NCBI GenBank assembly: GCA_013239625.1
Contig: MU053810.1
Coordinates: 496,001-560,000, forward strand
From: Lama guanicoe
Lineage: Eukaryota
Direction of reading: 5' to 3'
DNA length: 64,000 nt
Shown here in pieces: positions 1-13,752 of the stretch (position 1 is the first letter of the stretch; every line of letters starts with the position of its first letter). Under the pieces are notes generated by a model. It worked only from the letters and a program-made list of their open reading frames with translations, was not told the DNA's origin and ran no database searches. Position numbers and translations under genes: made by a program.

Positions 1-1034
1 ACTGACAAGGGCTTAATCTCCCAAATATATAAATAGCTCATACAACTCAATAAGAAAAAAACAAATAACCCAATCCTAAAATGGGCAAAAGACCTAAACA
101 AGGAATTCTCCAAAGAAGTTTCATACAGATGGCCAATAGGCACATGAAAAATGCTCAATATTACTAATTATCAGAGAAATGCAAATCAAAACTATAGTGA
201 GGTATCACCTCAGCAATCAGAATGGCCATCATTCAAAAGTCCACAAACAATAAATGCTGGAGAGGGTGTGGAGAAAAGGGAACCCTCCTACACTGTTTTT
301 GGAAATGTAGTTTGGTGCAGCCATCATGGAAAACAGTATAGAGAGTCCTCAAAAAAAAAAAAATAAAAATAGACTTATCATATAATCCAGCAATCCACTC
401 CTGGGCATATATCCAGAGGGAACTTTAATTCAAAAAGATACAAGCACCCCAATGTTCATAGCAGCACTATTTACAATAGCCAAGACATAGAAACAATCTA
501 AGTGTCCTTAAACAGATGACTGGATAAAGAAGTTGTGGTATATTTATACAATGGAATACTACTTAGCCATAAAAAAGAATAAAATAATGCCATTTGCAGC
601 AACATGGATGGACCTGAAGCTCATCATCCTAAGTGAACTAAGCCAGAAAGAGAAAGAAAAATACCATATGATACCACTTACATGTGGAATCTAAAAAGAG
701 ACAAATGAACTTATTTACAAAACAGAAACAGATTCACAGACATAGAAAACAAACTTATGGTTACCAGGGTGGGAAGGGGACAAGAAGGGATAAAGTGGGA
801 GTTTGAGATTTGCAGATACTAACTACTATATATAAAATAGATAAACAACAAGTTTATACTGTACAGCTCAGGGACCTATATTCAGTATCTTGTAACTTAT
901 GGTGAAAAAGAATATGAAAATGAATATATGTATGTATATATATGACTGAACTATTATGCTGTACACCAGAAATTGACACAACATTGTAAACTGACTATAT
1001 ATAGTTTAATGAAAAAAAAAAAGGAAACAAAAAA
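1..1034 (+). mobile_element. LINE-1 3' portion (degraded ORF2 C-terminus, 3' UTR, A-tail); continues beyond window start
   Basis: Typical L1 3' sequence (aatgctggagagggtgtggagaaaagggaaccctcctacactg; ccaatgttcatagcagcactatttacaatagccaagac), frameshifted, ending in an A-run. Confidence 0.93.
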
Positions 1035-3328
1035 GTTTCCATGTTTGTATATATGCATTCATGGAACCAAAAAACTGAAATGCATTTGGCAAAATAGTAG
1101 GAATTGTTATGAATGCATGATGTGATTTCAGGTGACTGTGTTCTTTTTGTTATCCACATGTTGAATATACGCAAATTGATCATGTTATTTGCATAGCAAA
1201 AATAAGACAGTTTTTAAAAGGGTTCTTCACCAATGCAAAAGAAAATAAGGGACAAGACTAGTCTTTGTATATGACTGATTGTCAATTTCATCCATGTCAA
1301 ACAAAGGTGTGTGTGGACGTGCACACACCAAAGCTGGAAGAGAAAGGGTAGCAGTTTCTGGAGTACCCAGATTTTTAACTTTCTACCTGTGTCTCATCTA
1401 TCTGCCCACAAGCCTTCTCTACTGGTGAGAGCATTCCAACTTCATTCAGGTCTGAGAGGCGCTATTATCTGAGTGATCAGCTAAACACACAAAGCAATAA
1501 TGGACAACCGCTGTGGTCCAAACGAACTAACCAGAAATGGCCAAGTGAGAAAAGCCGGGCCCCCTCAGAAAGTCAAACTCTAACACCCTTCTCTTCGGGC
1601 ATCTGCTTTCCTCCCCTTTCAGCATATTTTAATTCACTTGTCCCTCATGTATCTTTGCATACTCCCCTCATTAGACAAAGCATTGAAATATCAAGAGCAA
1701 GGATAGTACCCCCCTCCCCGCACCCCGCTTTCATTCTCCGGTCCTATTTGGACTTTAGCCAGTTGTCTTTAACTCAGAACAACACTGGTCACAGGAAGAA
1801 ACTGCTGCCCCTGGGATGGGTGTCCCCAGTCTAAGATGGTAAGAGGCATGTATATGGCAGACAGAACGATTAACATCACACCCAGCTGGTGGTCCCGGGG
1901 CACAGTTGGGAACCCCGTGATTCAGTACATCAATACCCAACACATCAAACCTCCACTCTAGCAAACAATGGTGCAGGATATCTGTTTTCCCTGAGACCAG
2001 CCCAAAGCCAGCTCTCCTGGAGAATCCAAAGGAATTTGACTTCAAGCTTCCTCTCCCATAGAACAAACCAGTTAGAGAGCTAATTAGGAAAAAACACAAG
2101 ACAGTATATATATATTTAGCCAGTAACTTGGTGGTAAAGCCTACACATCAGAGTTGGGGAAGTAAGAGTCTAGTGTGAACTGGCATGATCAGGGAGGGGG
2201 TTGCAGATCATGAAGGAGGGGCAGTTTGGCTCTGGGAAGAGAGAGGTGCTTTAGGAAAGCAGGGGCGTGGTGGTGAGCAGAAGGGTGGGGTGAGCTGGGA
2301 GACTGTCTGGAGGAGGCAGCCTTGAGTGTTGGTAGGAATTCAGAGATGAGCGTAGAAAGGTGGGATTGGATCAAATTAAGTAAGTGGATTAAAAGTCTGG
2401 GAAAGAGCCCAGGCTTTAGTCTACAGCAAAAGGCAGCCCTCAACTGGCAGGCAGGGACAAGGTCTTGAGCAAGAGAGTGATGCAGTGAAAGCAACGTTCT
2501 ACCAGGTAGCAAAAATGTCTCAACAAGATTTTAAGCACGGTAATCCCTAGGAAACCAGTAAGCACCTGGGAGTATGTTCTCCCTTTCCTGGACAAGCCCA
2601 CGTTCTTTGTTGTACCAAATCTATTGTGGTTTTAAACTATCTAAAACAAAGACACTTTCTTACCTTTCCTTTTTTTTTCCCCCTTCAATGCACACATGTT
2701 TGCCATGACTTGACAGAAGTTGGCTCCAGTGTCCGTCTGGCTTGTCCCTCCATTCTTTTCTGCTTAGGAAACAAAATGGTTGGTCCTCAGGGAGTCCCAG
2801 GATAACACAGGCTTGTGTGCTCCCAGCCAGGTCAGCAGAACCTTCCAGACTGCTCCCAGGACCACTCAGCCAGCCCCTCCCAGAGGCTGGGTGACCACAC
2901 TCAGGCCACCACAGGAACGGAAGCAGGGCACTCCCGAGAGGCTGGGAGATAAATTTGAGCTCCTGATGGGAACAGCCAACATCGAACCTCCATCCATCCA
3001 GAAGCCCCAGGGAGTGCGAGGCAGCCCTTCTGCGGCCCCTCTGCCCTCAGAGGAGCGTGGAAGTGGCCTGCTTTGGAGTGAAATGACCTGGAGAAAGTCC
3101 TTCCCAGCCTCCCAGGCCAAACGGGCCTTCTCTCAGTGCTCCGCAGCCCAAACATCGCCCAAAGCAATGCTACCCACTCTTTGGAGTGACCACTTTCCAA
3201 AGACCAAAATAGCCTCCAGTTTCTGTTTTCAGGAGTCAGAGCAAAACATCCCCCTAAGTGGTTTGTCTGTAGGGGCCCCTCCCCCTCCCCAAGCCCCTGT
3301 CTTCCTGCTCTGTTCCCCCCTCCCCCAC

Positions 3329-3460
3329 CAGCGGTGCTCAGTCCTGAGTGTACATTGTAACCACCTGGACCTGCCCGGCTTGTTAAACACACAGTGCTGG
3401 GCCCCACCCCCAGCGTTTCTGATTCAGTAGCTCCCAGGTGGAGTCAAAACTTTGCATTGG
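3329..3460. mobile_element. MER5-like hAT-Charlie MITE remnant
   Basis: cttgttaaacacacagtgctgggccccacccccagcgtttctgattcagtag resembles the MER5 core. Confidence 0.65.
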
Positions 3461-3689
3461 TGATGCCTTTCTAGTGCTACCAATTTTCTCTGCCGTGTGA
3501 CATTCTCCATCACGCTTATATGCACAAAAGTCAATATACATTCCAAATAGCATTTAACTAAATAGAAAGACAATGGGAAAATAAATTAAAATATTTTTGA
3601 AATATCTAGAGAAGAGTTTGGAAGAGATAACTTTGTCTAGAAGCAGTATATTTAATTAAAAAGTTAGAAATGACTCTGTGTGTAACTCA

Positions 3690-4305
3690 AAAAGATATAT
3701 GCATCCCAGTGTTCATAGCAGCAATCTTTACAATTAGTCAAGACATGCGAGCAACCTAAGTGTCTATCAACAGATGAATAGATAAAGACGTGGTATATAT
3801 ATATAATGGAATATTATACAGCCATAAATAAGAGTGAAATAAGGCCATTTGCAGCAACATAGACAGACCCAGAGATTATCCTATTAAATGAAGTAAGTCA
3901 GACAGAGAAAGACAAAAATCACATGTCACTTATATGTGGAATCTAAAAAAATGACACAAATGAACTTATTTACAAAATACAAACAGACTCACAGATAAAG
4001 AAAACAAACTTACGGTTACCAAAGAGGAAAGAAGGAGGGGAGGTTAAATTAGGAGTTTGGGATTAACAGAGGTACACTACTATCAAATAAACACAAGGTC
4101 CTACTGTATAGCGCAGAGAAATGTATTCAATATCTTGTAATAACCTATAATGAATAAGAATATGAAAAGGAATATATGTGTATATGTAACTGAATCACTG
4201 CGCTGTATGCCTGAAACTAACACAACGCTGTAACTCAGCATTGTCAATCAACTGTACTTCAATTAAAAAAAAAAGAAAACATGTCAAAATGAAAAAAAAA
4301 TTAAA
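3690..4305 (+). mobile_element. 5'-truncated LINE-1 3' end
   Basis: Colinear with the L1 at 430-1030 (gtgttcatagcagca...tgcagcaacat...tatgtggaatctaaaaa...acttcaattaaaaaa). Confidence 0.92.
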
Positions 4306-4829
4306 AAATGCAAACAGACCAGGAAACAATTTTTGTACCAAATCTGACAAAGGGTTAATAGCTTTATTCCTCTGAGAAAAGTCATTATTAATTGATCTTT
4401 TTAAAACATTTCCAGTGGATAAATGGGGAAAGTACATAAACCTGTGGTTCAAAGAACTAAAGCCAGTGGACAAACACATGAAACAATGTTTAATTGTTCA
4501 GATAACAAACGAAGTTAAAATACTAAATTATCACTTTGCTACTAAGTTCGTGAAACATTTTAAATTAACATAATTAATGTGGGCAAGGATCTAAGTTTAT
4601 AGATAGATGGATAATTTATATATTATAAAGTGGCATAATTTTTTCAAAGTCATTTTGGCACCAGGCATCACCTGTCATCAAAACGTCCCCACTCTTTGAC
4701 TCTTGTTGTTTAGAGTTGACAACATACTGGGGATGGCCTGTGGATAAAGGTGTTTAGTTGCAGAGTGGGTTCTAATAACAAAAGAAAATGAAAGGAAGCA
4801 ATTTAAATGTCCAGCTAGGAAGGGAACTG

Positions 4830-4896
4830 CTCTGGAGTCAGATCTGGGCAGAACCTCAGGTCTGTGCTACCAAACTCTTTGCAAAATTCCTCCTCT

Positions 4897-4932
<36 letters not shown>

Positions 4933-5048
4933 TAAATGATACCCGCTACCATCCCAGAATTGTGGGGAAAAAATGAGACAAACATTGAAAGCCCAGGGCA
5001 CTCAGCTCAGCATGTGATCAACACAACACATGTTCAGTATTATTATTC
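4830..5048 (+). mobile_element. MIR remnant interrupted by a poly(A) run of about 30 nt (4898-4928)
   Basis: MIR-like core and tail (cctcctctgcaaaa...aatgatacc...agaattgtggggaaaaaatgaga...tattattatt). Confidence 0.5.
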
Positions 5049-6325
5049 CTTCCACTTGACAAAACACCAGCTAGCCCCCAGGAACTGAAAGTGTGAAATA
5101 AAATTTGGGAGAAAATATTCAGCAAAATGCACGGGATACATAAAGTAGGGAAAATAATCCAATAACAAACATGGTATTGGCATTACCATCCGTCTCTAAT
5201 AAACGTCATGGGCCGGCGGGGAGCCTGGGGAGTGTTAAATGGGCTTGAAAAAGTCATGATAAGATTATAGATAGATTATTTTCTTTTACATCTTCCTATA
5301 AACCTGTAATATTATTTTTGTACATACAAATAAATTCACAAAGCAGGAAACATCCTCTATCAGACCAATTTTTGGTTGAGAAATGTGGAGAGGCGAGGGC
5401 AGTGGGCCCGGGCTGCTGGGTCCGCTCCTGGCCTGTTGCCCTCGGCGGTCAGCTGACCCCGCAGGCCAGTCTCCTCCTGGTGTGGACTTTGTTAAGCTTG
5501 CATGGCGGCCTCCCTCACTCCTATCTGAAAGGCTCCATCTTTTCCAGCTTTCTCATTGCCTGACGGTCACTGTCATCTGTGTCCCTACTGTCCTCACCTG
5601 TGCAGATTCCATCCCTAACCACACCACACAGGCAGGGAGACAAAAGAGCGGCGTATCTTCTTCAACCCTCGCAGACGAGAAAAGCTGTGTTTTCCAGGCC
5701 AAGTGCCGCCTGGAAGCCTCTTTCTTAGCATTCACAAGCCCTAATCCCGCCGGCTAAACAGGGCTTTGCTGTTTAACTGCTTCATGCCCTGGGCCTTGCG
5801 TCCATCTACGCAATACCAAGTCTTTTTCCAGTGACTTCAAGCAGTCGGGTGCTTGGCACCAAAACTGAGTCCCCGGGTCAAACTCAGCCACTGTCTGTGG
5901 AAGATTCTATTCAGTGAATGTTTCGATATATGCAGCTCATGGTAGTTGCCAACTACAGCCTGCTGAGGATAGACGAATTATGGCACATGGAAACAGGGGT
6001 GCCATTCGCCCTTGGCAGCAGAGGCATATTGTGGTCCACAAACATTTTATTTAGATTTATTGAGCATATACTCTGTGCCAGGCACTACACTGAGCACGGC
6101 AGAGAAGTTCTCACAGTGGAAAAGAACTTAAAGGTCAAGCATTCCAACCATTCAGTAGGTTCTTGGCTCTGAAGTACAAGATCTCCACCCAGAATAACTC
6201 TCAGGAGGCACTCACAGATTCCCAAGCAGCGCATCCCACTTCCAGTCGGCTCTGGCTGAGGTGTTCTCCCTGCGGCTAATTCAGTTCCCACTTTTTAAAA
6301 ACTTTTACTGTATTTTAATAAGTTC

Positions 6326-6418
6326 TTTTTTTTTTTTAAATAGAGGTATTGGGGATCCAACCTAGGACCTCGTTCATGCTAAGCATGTGCTCTACCACTG
6401 AGCTGTACCCAACCCCCC
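6326..6418 (-). mobile_element. tRNA-derived SINE (camelid Vic-1-like), short form
   Basis: Reverse strand reads gggtacagctcagtggtagagcacatgcttagcatgaacgaggtcctaggttggatcccc plus A-tail; pol III A/B boxes. Confidence 0.85.
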
Positions 6419-9400
6419 TCTCTTGGGTTAACTCCAAATTCAGACTCATCAATTATGCGGAGAGAGCTATCACCAGCTGCCACCTCTGGCTTAGAGCATG
6501 CATTACTCCGTCCCTTGTGCTGGCATCCAGGTGTCCTCACTGTCTCTTACCTTGTGACTCAGCAAACGTGGCAGATGGCTTTTTAGACCTGGAAGTTGAC
6601 AACCCATGAAGCAGGTGTTCTGAATCCTGACATAATCATAAATCATAAATACGAATCATAAATACGAATCCCCGAGGTGAGTTAAAATGGTGTCTAGGTG
6701 CCGGATTTTAGACACCAAGCTGAGGTTCAGCCCACGCAGTTAGGGCCCAACAGGAACAAATCCATTTTCTGGGCTCTCAGATGATGAGTCACAAATTCCA
6801 TAAAAGGCCCACTTCCAGCCCCTGGCACTAACGATGAATAGATTTTCACCCTGAGTGTAAGCATTTGATCCTCTTGAGAGACGTACAGTCTCAGAGGGAG
6901 TTCTGACCCCACCCTAGTTATGAGGAAACACTTTGCCTAAGAAGCAGAAGTTAATAGGGGTGGAGAGACTTGATGGCCCAAGGAAATGGCTTGAAAGAAA
7001 ACTCTTATTTAAATGTTTGAAACTTAAAATAATTAGGCTGGGAGACAATGAAGCAATGTTCAAAAACATGGGAAATAGCTTTGAATTTAGAGTTCCATAC
7101 CGCTCAAATTATCAATCTAATGCACGACTCTCAGACGTGCATGCAAGAACTCAGAAGGTTTACTGCCCACAGAAAGATCACTACTTTGGCAAAAGAAAAG
7201 AGGAATTTAAAGAAGGGAAAGAAATGGAATGGAAGAAAGAGGGACTGCCAACCATGGCCCGGAATATGTGCCATTCATCTGGACGATTCAGAGAGCCTTC
7301 TGTCAAACAGTGAAATTCTAGAACCAAACGATGGAATTTCTGTTTCTGTAGGTCCATTTGCACTCAGAGAGGGCCCTTCTTGAATAACTCAGAGCTCTCT
7401 AAAAATATTTATCTCCACTGACCCTGGTCTCTGATCTGTCTCATCCTCTTCTTCAGTGACTCATTCACTTAAGCATCCACAAGAGTGTTCCACTGGGGGT
7501 GACACGAGACACGTCCTGCCCCTGGCCTGGCAGTTTTCCCGGTGGCCCCCCTCTGATCATCTCGTAGGGCATTTCCCACTGCAAGGAAGGAACACCTGCT
7601 GATTTCAAAGTTCTTGAGTCTGTCTGTGGTGGCTAATTTTCTGAGCCCAAAGTCAGGACATAAGACTTGAGTGTCAAGTTAAAATAATCTTACTTGAACA
7701 GCATGGACAGACTATTTAAAACCAGACCATTCTTGGAAATTCGGGATATATAACTATCATTATTGTCCTGAGATACTTGGGGAAGAGACAAGGCAGGTGT
7801 GAAAAGCCGAGGCCCTTGCCCAGTGGGCGCTGGGATAATAATCCACTCATGGGGACCTCTTCTGGTGGTTTTTTTTTTGAGGAGTCCCCCCAGCGGCCCT
7901 CCCCAACCCGGGCAGGGTAAAGCCATTCGGCGCTCTAACAGGCTTATACCTGGGCACCCCTTTAAGTCCCGGTCTTTAGGGATTTGTTTGATGACTATGA
8001 AAGCCCATTGGTTGGTAGGTAGCAGGGGAGACAGAGAAGGACAAATGTCTGATAACTCAGTTTTTCCTCTTTTGTCCCTAAAAATTTAGCTCAGGCCCCA
8101 CACTGTGTGTCCTACATAGCAAACCGGTCCTTCACTTGGAAGGTGGGTGGCAGCTAATGTGGCTGCTCAGGCATGACCTCTGGAGTGGGGTAGGGTCGGG
8201 GTTGGGGATCTTAACTTCACCTTAAACCCCTTACCAAAGTGTTTCTTCCTACCCCTCAGAAGAGTTCTGAAAAATATGACTTCCCATCTTGTTAATTTTC
8301 CACACTGTGTTAGTGTTTCTTGTCAATGGATGGCCCCAAAGAACCTGTGAGCTAACTGGTCTACTGCTCAGTTCTTGTGACCACGAGCCCTGAGGAAATA
8401 CTACCATTCCAGGAATGTGTCTCTTATTCAGAAGAGGAACCTCTGGGCCAACCTCCTGTCTTCAAGGCCCCTGCAAAGGACCCACTGGTCTTGGCCACCA
8501 GAATGTCCCGGAGCCAGTTGCTAGACAAGATAAGAACTGGGAGGCCTCCCTTTCCTCTGGAGGTTGTGTCATATCAGTGAATTCTGCAGCAAGAGAGAGA
8601 TAAAGCCTGGGTAGGCTCACTTGCCCACAGCGCCTGCTTCACGGGCAGCAGACACATGCCCCAAATCCAGAGAGGCAGTAGGCGCTTTGCAAATATTTAC
8701 CTAGCTGCATGGCAACAGGGCAGGACTAGTAAAATTCTATTTAACTTCAAGGACACACGCCCAACACTTCATTCTCTCCACACACATAAAAAAGGCTACA
8801 TCCTTTGTAAAAAACCATGTGAAGATTGGACCCCCTTTCATTTCCAGATCATCAGTTATCCCAGATTTGAACATCCCATGGAGACGATACGAGGTTTGCT
8901 CTCACGCATGAAGGGACTGGCTGTCACTCAGCCTTGGAGGTCAGACCCTTCCTCGCTTTCTCAGAAATGAGAATCGCAGGCACTGCGGACTTTTCTAGAC
9001 TTGCTGCTGATCTTCTACAGATAAATGAAGCACACCAAGCGCTTGGTGCTTAAGGAAATCCACAACAACAGAACGTGGTAGAGAGAGGAACCAGAATACA
9101 ACCTTCTCGCACTTTCCGTCAGGAGCTGAGGGGGAAACTTCACTGCCGTGGGAGGCCCACCTACCTCAGCCACCTTCTCCTCAAAATCTGTGAGTAACTG
9201 TGGGCTGGTTGTCGTGGCGATGGCCTGTTACCAGGAGGGCTCCTTGCAAGGGAGAGCTCATGTGAAAAGCACAAGAGGAAGGCCTTAGTCACCGAAAACT
9301 CGCAAAGCAAGACAGGCACTTGCCTCTGTAGAAGAGCCTTATCAGATGTGCTGAACGCCACCCTCTTAAGTACTAGGAGGGCCTGCTGTAAGAACAGCAC

Positions 9401-9679
9401 ACGCAGGGGAAAGCGGCTTATTGACCACCATTTGCGTGGTGCCACCTTGTGGTGAATCCCTTTAGCGATTTGAAAGAAACAGGACGTCCGTTTTCCCCAC
9501 GTTGTTAATTTTGTGAAGCGCAGTGTTTAGACTGGTTTTACTAGTCTAAGAACAGCTTGAGCTTCGAGTTCCTAATAATGAAAAAGTGTTCATGATACAC
9601 TTTCTGTTGGATCCAAGAGTTAATAAATACTGATTGAGATTTCCCCACCCCAAAGTCAGCAATTATAAAATCCAGGAAG

Positions 9680-9901
9680 CAGGCACAGACTACTATATAT
9701 AAAACAGACAAACAACAAGGACCTACTACAGAGCACAGGGAACTATATTCAGTGCCTTGTAATAGCCTATAATGGACAAGAATCTGAAAAAGAATATATA
9801 CATATATGTATAACTGAGTCACTTTGCTGCACACCAGAAACTAACACAACATTGTAAATCAACTCTACTTCAATAAAAAAAAAGGTAAATAAATTAAATA
9901 A
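9680..9901 (+). mobile_element. Short 5'-truncated LINE-1 3' end with perfect 15-bp TSD
   Basis: L1 3' UTR tail; TSD ataaaatccaggaag at 9665-9679 and 9902-9916. Confidence 0.92.
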
Positions 9902-12529
9902 ATAAAATCCAGGAAGACTGTTGAGGAAGAAATTTGACTGTTTCACTAGAAAATTAATTTTTTTTTTTTTTTTACTGAAAATTACCTTTCTTTATTTGAG
10001 AAAAAACTTCACCCAGAGGTTCAGGTTCTAGATTAAACTGTACTTTCTCATTTCCAAACTATTTCAAAGATAAGGGAATTTTTCCAGAAATGGTCATGGG
10101 TGGATTAGTTTTAAATAACTTGAAAGGAAGCCCATGGCCTGAGCACATGGACCCTGTATTTTTCTATTTGCTTTTTTCATCTTGAGGAAGGGTTAGCCAG
10201 CGGTGTCTCCCTAAAATTTACATGTAAAGGATGAAGGGCAGCCTGTTCACTTAGGAGAACTTCACACAGTCGAGCATGCGCCTGCAGAACCAGAATTGGA
10301 GCCAAGGTTTCCTAATTTCTAATCTCACGCCTTTGCTGTGGGCCTCTGTGCTCCACTTAGATTGTAAACTCACAGTGGTTAAGAGTGGGTGTGAAGTTCT
10401 GTATTTTGTGTGGTTATGAAATCAGAGCTGCGGATCTGTGGCTGGGCAGTCATGCAAGACACCTGAGCAAGATGGCCAGCCTGTCAAGTTGGGCCACAAA
10501 AACTCCAGGCCACAATCAAAATTCTTTGTGTTGCCAGCCCAGCCTGACAGTAAACACACCCCCAAATCCACCAGCCTGTAAGACACCCCCACCCTTAAAA
10601 GCTTCTTAAGTCCTGCACTTATTTCATGGAGATACAACAGTGCCAAGTTCACAGAAGGTGCTCAATGAATGCTCTAGACTGGCTGAATATCAGAAGGCCC
10701 CATGCCTGAAATATACTGGCCATGAAATAAACACAAGGCTGACGGCATTAAAAAAATTTTTTTTTAATCAGAATTCTCTCTTGCCCAAACCCTGAGTTCT
10801 TCTATTCAGATTAAAATTAAACAAACATTTGCTGAATGCCCATTGGTGTGGTCCAGGCATGGTCACGTGTATTCCCACTGTGGCTAAATTTGCACAGCCA
10901 GCCTGGCTGACGGAGGCCATGTGAATTGGTAAACATGGATTGTTGGGGTGGAAAGTCACTCTGCTGGAAGAAAGATGCAGTGATGGGTGCGAATGATCAC
11001 AATTAGCTTTCAGGAAATTGGAGGGTGGGGTGCCTGAAAATGATGTTGGGGGTCGGGAGGGCATCTAAGTTCGGCTCTCTGGAAGCCAGGTGCTGGGCAT
11101 AGCTTGAAAGGCGGGACAGAGAAAACCACACACAAGGCCATCTCTCAGGTGAGAGTTGGCGGGAGGATGTGGTGGGGAAAAAGGAGAGATTAAAAGAAAG
11201 ACATTGGAAGTTGGCCCTCAGATTCCAGGAAGGGAGGACCATCAAAGCAAGCCGCAGAGAGCCCGGGAGCAAGAGTCATTTTGCTGTCTTAAAGTGGAAC
11301 AAAGGAGAAAGTTGTATTGACAGGTCAGGGACATGGATGAATCTGAGGATCTGTAGCTCCCGCCTGCGCTCCCTCCCACATTTCGCTGCTCGCTCATGGA
11401 CGGGAGAGACTAAGGGTCTGAAACAAGAAATGTTCATTTTTGTTGGTCTTAGCAGCCAACATAACACGTTAGAAGGAAAAGAAGATCAGCTAAGTGGCCC
11501 AGGTGGGTGGGGGGGCGATAGTGACAAAGTGTGGATGGCGGGGGTCCATTTCCTTCTTGTTCTGTTACCAAAATACTCCTGGATCTGTTTGTGATGCAGT
11601 AACCTGGAAGGGAGGGGAGAGGCCCGGGAAGACACAGACACAGACGCAAAGAGACACACTGAGGGCATCGTTAGGCAGCACGAGGCAAGCTGCAGAAGGG
11701 AAAACAGACCTGGGAGAAGCAGTGGAAAGAACTGCAAGGCCCCAGAGAGGAGCTGAAGTGGCACTTAGGAAGTCATTCAGGGAGAGGGGCAGACAGCGTG
11801 TGGGAGGAAGGGGAGAAGGCAGGAGGCATCGGGGAGGACCGGCAGGCACGGAACTTATGGTGGGAGGGCACCCTCGCACCCCTGAAGGCACCTTTGCATC
11901 CCTGAGGGGACCCCTTCCAGCTGCCCCCACCTCCGATGCCCCGCCTTTAACTCAGGCAGGGCCCTGCTGCCACTGTCATCATCGGGTCAAGGATTAAGTC
12001 ACAAACTCAGTTTTAGATGGAGTAGCAGCTAGAACAGGACACCCCGTAAGAGGAAAAATACAGGTCTGGTCTCCCTGCTCTCCCACCTCCATTCCCCAGA
12101 GAGAACATCCATTATCGTGGGGCCATCTTCAGTAACAGACTGGGGAAAGAGAAAGGGAAGAAAATAGGAACGCAAATGTTCCTCCAGGAGGTGAATTTCC
12201 TTGAGGTGACAGTTATTCCTTTCCCTGCTGTCACAGCCCACCGTGTATAACACATTCCCTGCTGGTCTGGTGGCAGGGAAGACTCTTGGGGTGGAAGGCT
12301 GGCCTTCTGTGGTCTGTTAAGGTCAAGGCCACTGAGTCTGAGCATCCTTTCAGAGGGTGTTTCTCTGTGGCTTCCCCACTTCCTCCACCCAACCCTCCAA
12401 CTCCACCCTGATGGAAACACACATCAAGGAATACAGAGAGAGAGCACAGGTAATAAAAGTGGTGTGTCTACAGATGCTTCCCATGCAAATGTCCACAGAC
12501 ATGAACAAATAATGTTCAGGAAAGATTGT

Positions 12530-13150
12530 GGAGAGTAAAGAGTCAATGAACTTCAGGATAAAAATATCTGATCTGAAGGAGAACCCCACAAGCCATAGAA
12601 TAATAACCGAAGGCTTGACATTGTGTCATAGGAGTCCCAGAGGAAGAGGGGAGGTTGATACAGAAATATCTCTGAAAAAATAATGACCCCCAAATTTCCC
12701 AGATTTGGTGAAAGGTATAAACTTGCAGATTCAAGAAGCTCAGTAAACCCCAAACAGAATAAAGTCAAAGAAAACCAAGCACAGACACTGAAACTTACTG
12801 CTGAAACTGGAAAAAAAAAAAAAAGGAAGAAAAAAAATTTCAAAAGTAGCTGGTGAAAAACACCTTACTTATCACAGAGCAACGATTGGAAATATTCCTC
12901 AGGAATGAAGCCACAATGAAGACATTCTTAAGGAGGGGAGGGTATAGCTCAGGGGTAGAGTGCATGCTTAGCACGCATGAGGTCCTAGGTTCGATCCTCA
13001 GTACCTCCATTTAAAAAAAAAAAGATAATAAATTTAAAAAATAATAAAGGCATTCTAAGATGAAGAAAACCTAAAAGCACTGCTAAAGGAAGTTCTTCAG
13101 ACTGAAGGGAAATTATAAGAGAAGGAAACTTGCACCTTCAAGAACAGAAG
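12530..13150 (+). mobile_element. Ancient L1 ORF1-region remnant, interrupted by a SINE
   Basis: ataggagtcccagaggaagagg...aaatttcccagatttggtgaaaggtataaacttgcagattcaagaagctcag is L1 ORF1-like (GVPE / NFP / LQIQEAQ motifs). Confidence 0.75.
12935..13046 (+). mobile_element. tRNA-derived SINE (Vic-1-like), short form
   Basis: ggggagggtatagctcaggggtagagtgcatgcttagcacgcatgaggtcctaggttcgatcc plus A-tail; degenerate TSD aagacattcttaag / aaggcattctaag. Confidence 0.9.
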
Positions 13151-13389
13151 AGCTACAGAAACGGCTGGATTCTGGGTCACACAGCCGGGTTGGTGACCTC
13201 CCTCTGCAGTCCACACAAGCCCTCCCTTTCTCCCAAGTATAGTTGTATGTGCACATCTATTTCTTCACTGGAATGTGCTTCTCCAAGGTCGGCAAATGTT
13301 TTATGGCTATCCAGTCACCTACAATGGCTGCCACTCTCCTGGGTGTGTGATGTAGGAAATTGGCTCAAAGGCCATAATATCTGCATTCA

Positions 13390-13570
13390 AGGACTGTTAA
13401 CTTTCCACTTACTAATATGGTGCCCTTGAGCCAGCCTTAACTTCTTTGTGCCTCAGTGTTCTTGTCTTTAAAATGGGATGATAAAGTGTTTCCCTTACAC
13501 GTTACCATGAAGGTTAAACTAGTTGACAGAGAGAAAGCGTGATTAGAACAGGGCTAGGCACACATAAGTG
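13390..13570 (+). mobile_element. MIR
   Basis: ccttaacttctttgtgcctcagtgttcttgtctttaaaatgggatgataa resembles the MIR core. Confidence 0.7.
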
Positions 13571-13752
13571 CTGTGTGGAAACCACTGTTGTAAGTGCTGG
13601 GACATTGCCGGGTCATTTTCCCCCTTGCGTGAGCTGATGTATTACCAGCCTTTGTTTTTAAGCGCAATTATCTAAGGACTAGACTGACCTCATAATAAAC
13701 CCTGTGCTGCTTGAATTTTTGTAGAATCTGTATCAAAACATTTTGAAAATCA

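Noticed and set aside
6688..6717. 9-bp inverted repeat tggtgtcta...tagacacca and the adjacent 13-bp tandem duplication
   Set aside because: Short enough to arise by chance in 64 kb; no supporting RNA-gene features
12935..13010. Apparent tRNA-Ala gene (and similar copies elsewhere)
   Set aside because: A-rich tails, TSDs, broken acceptor stems and eight dispersed diverged copies show these are SINEs
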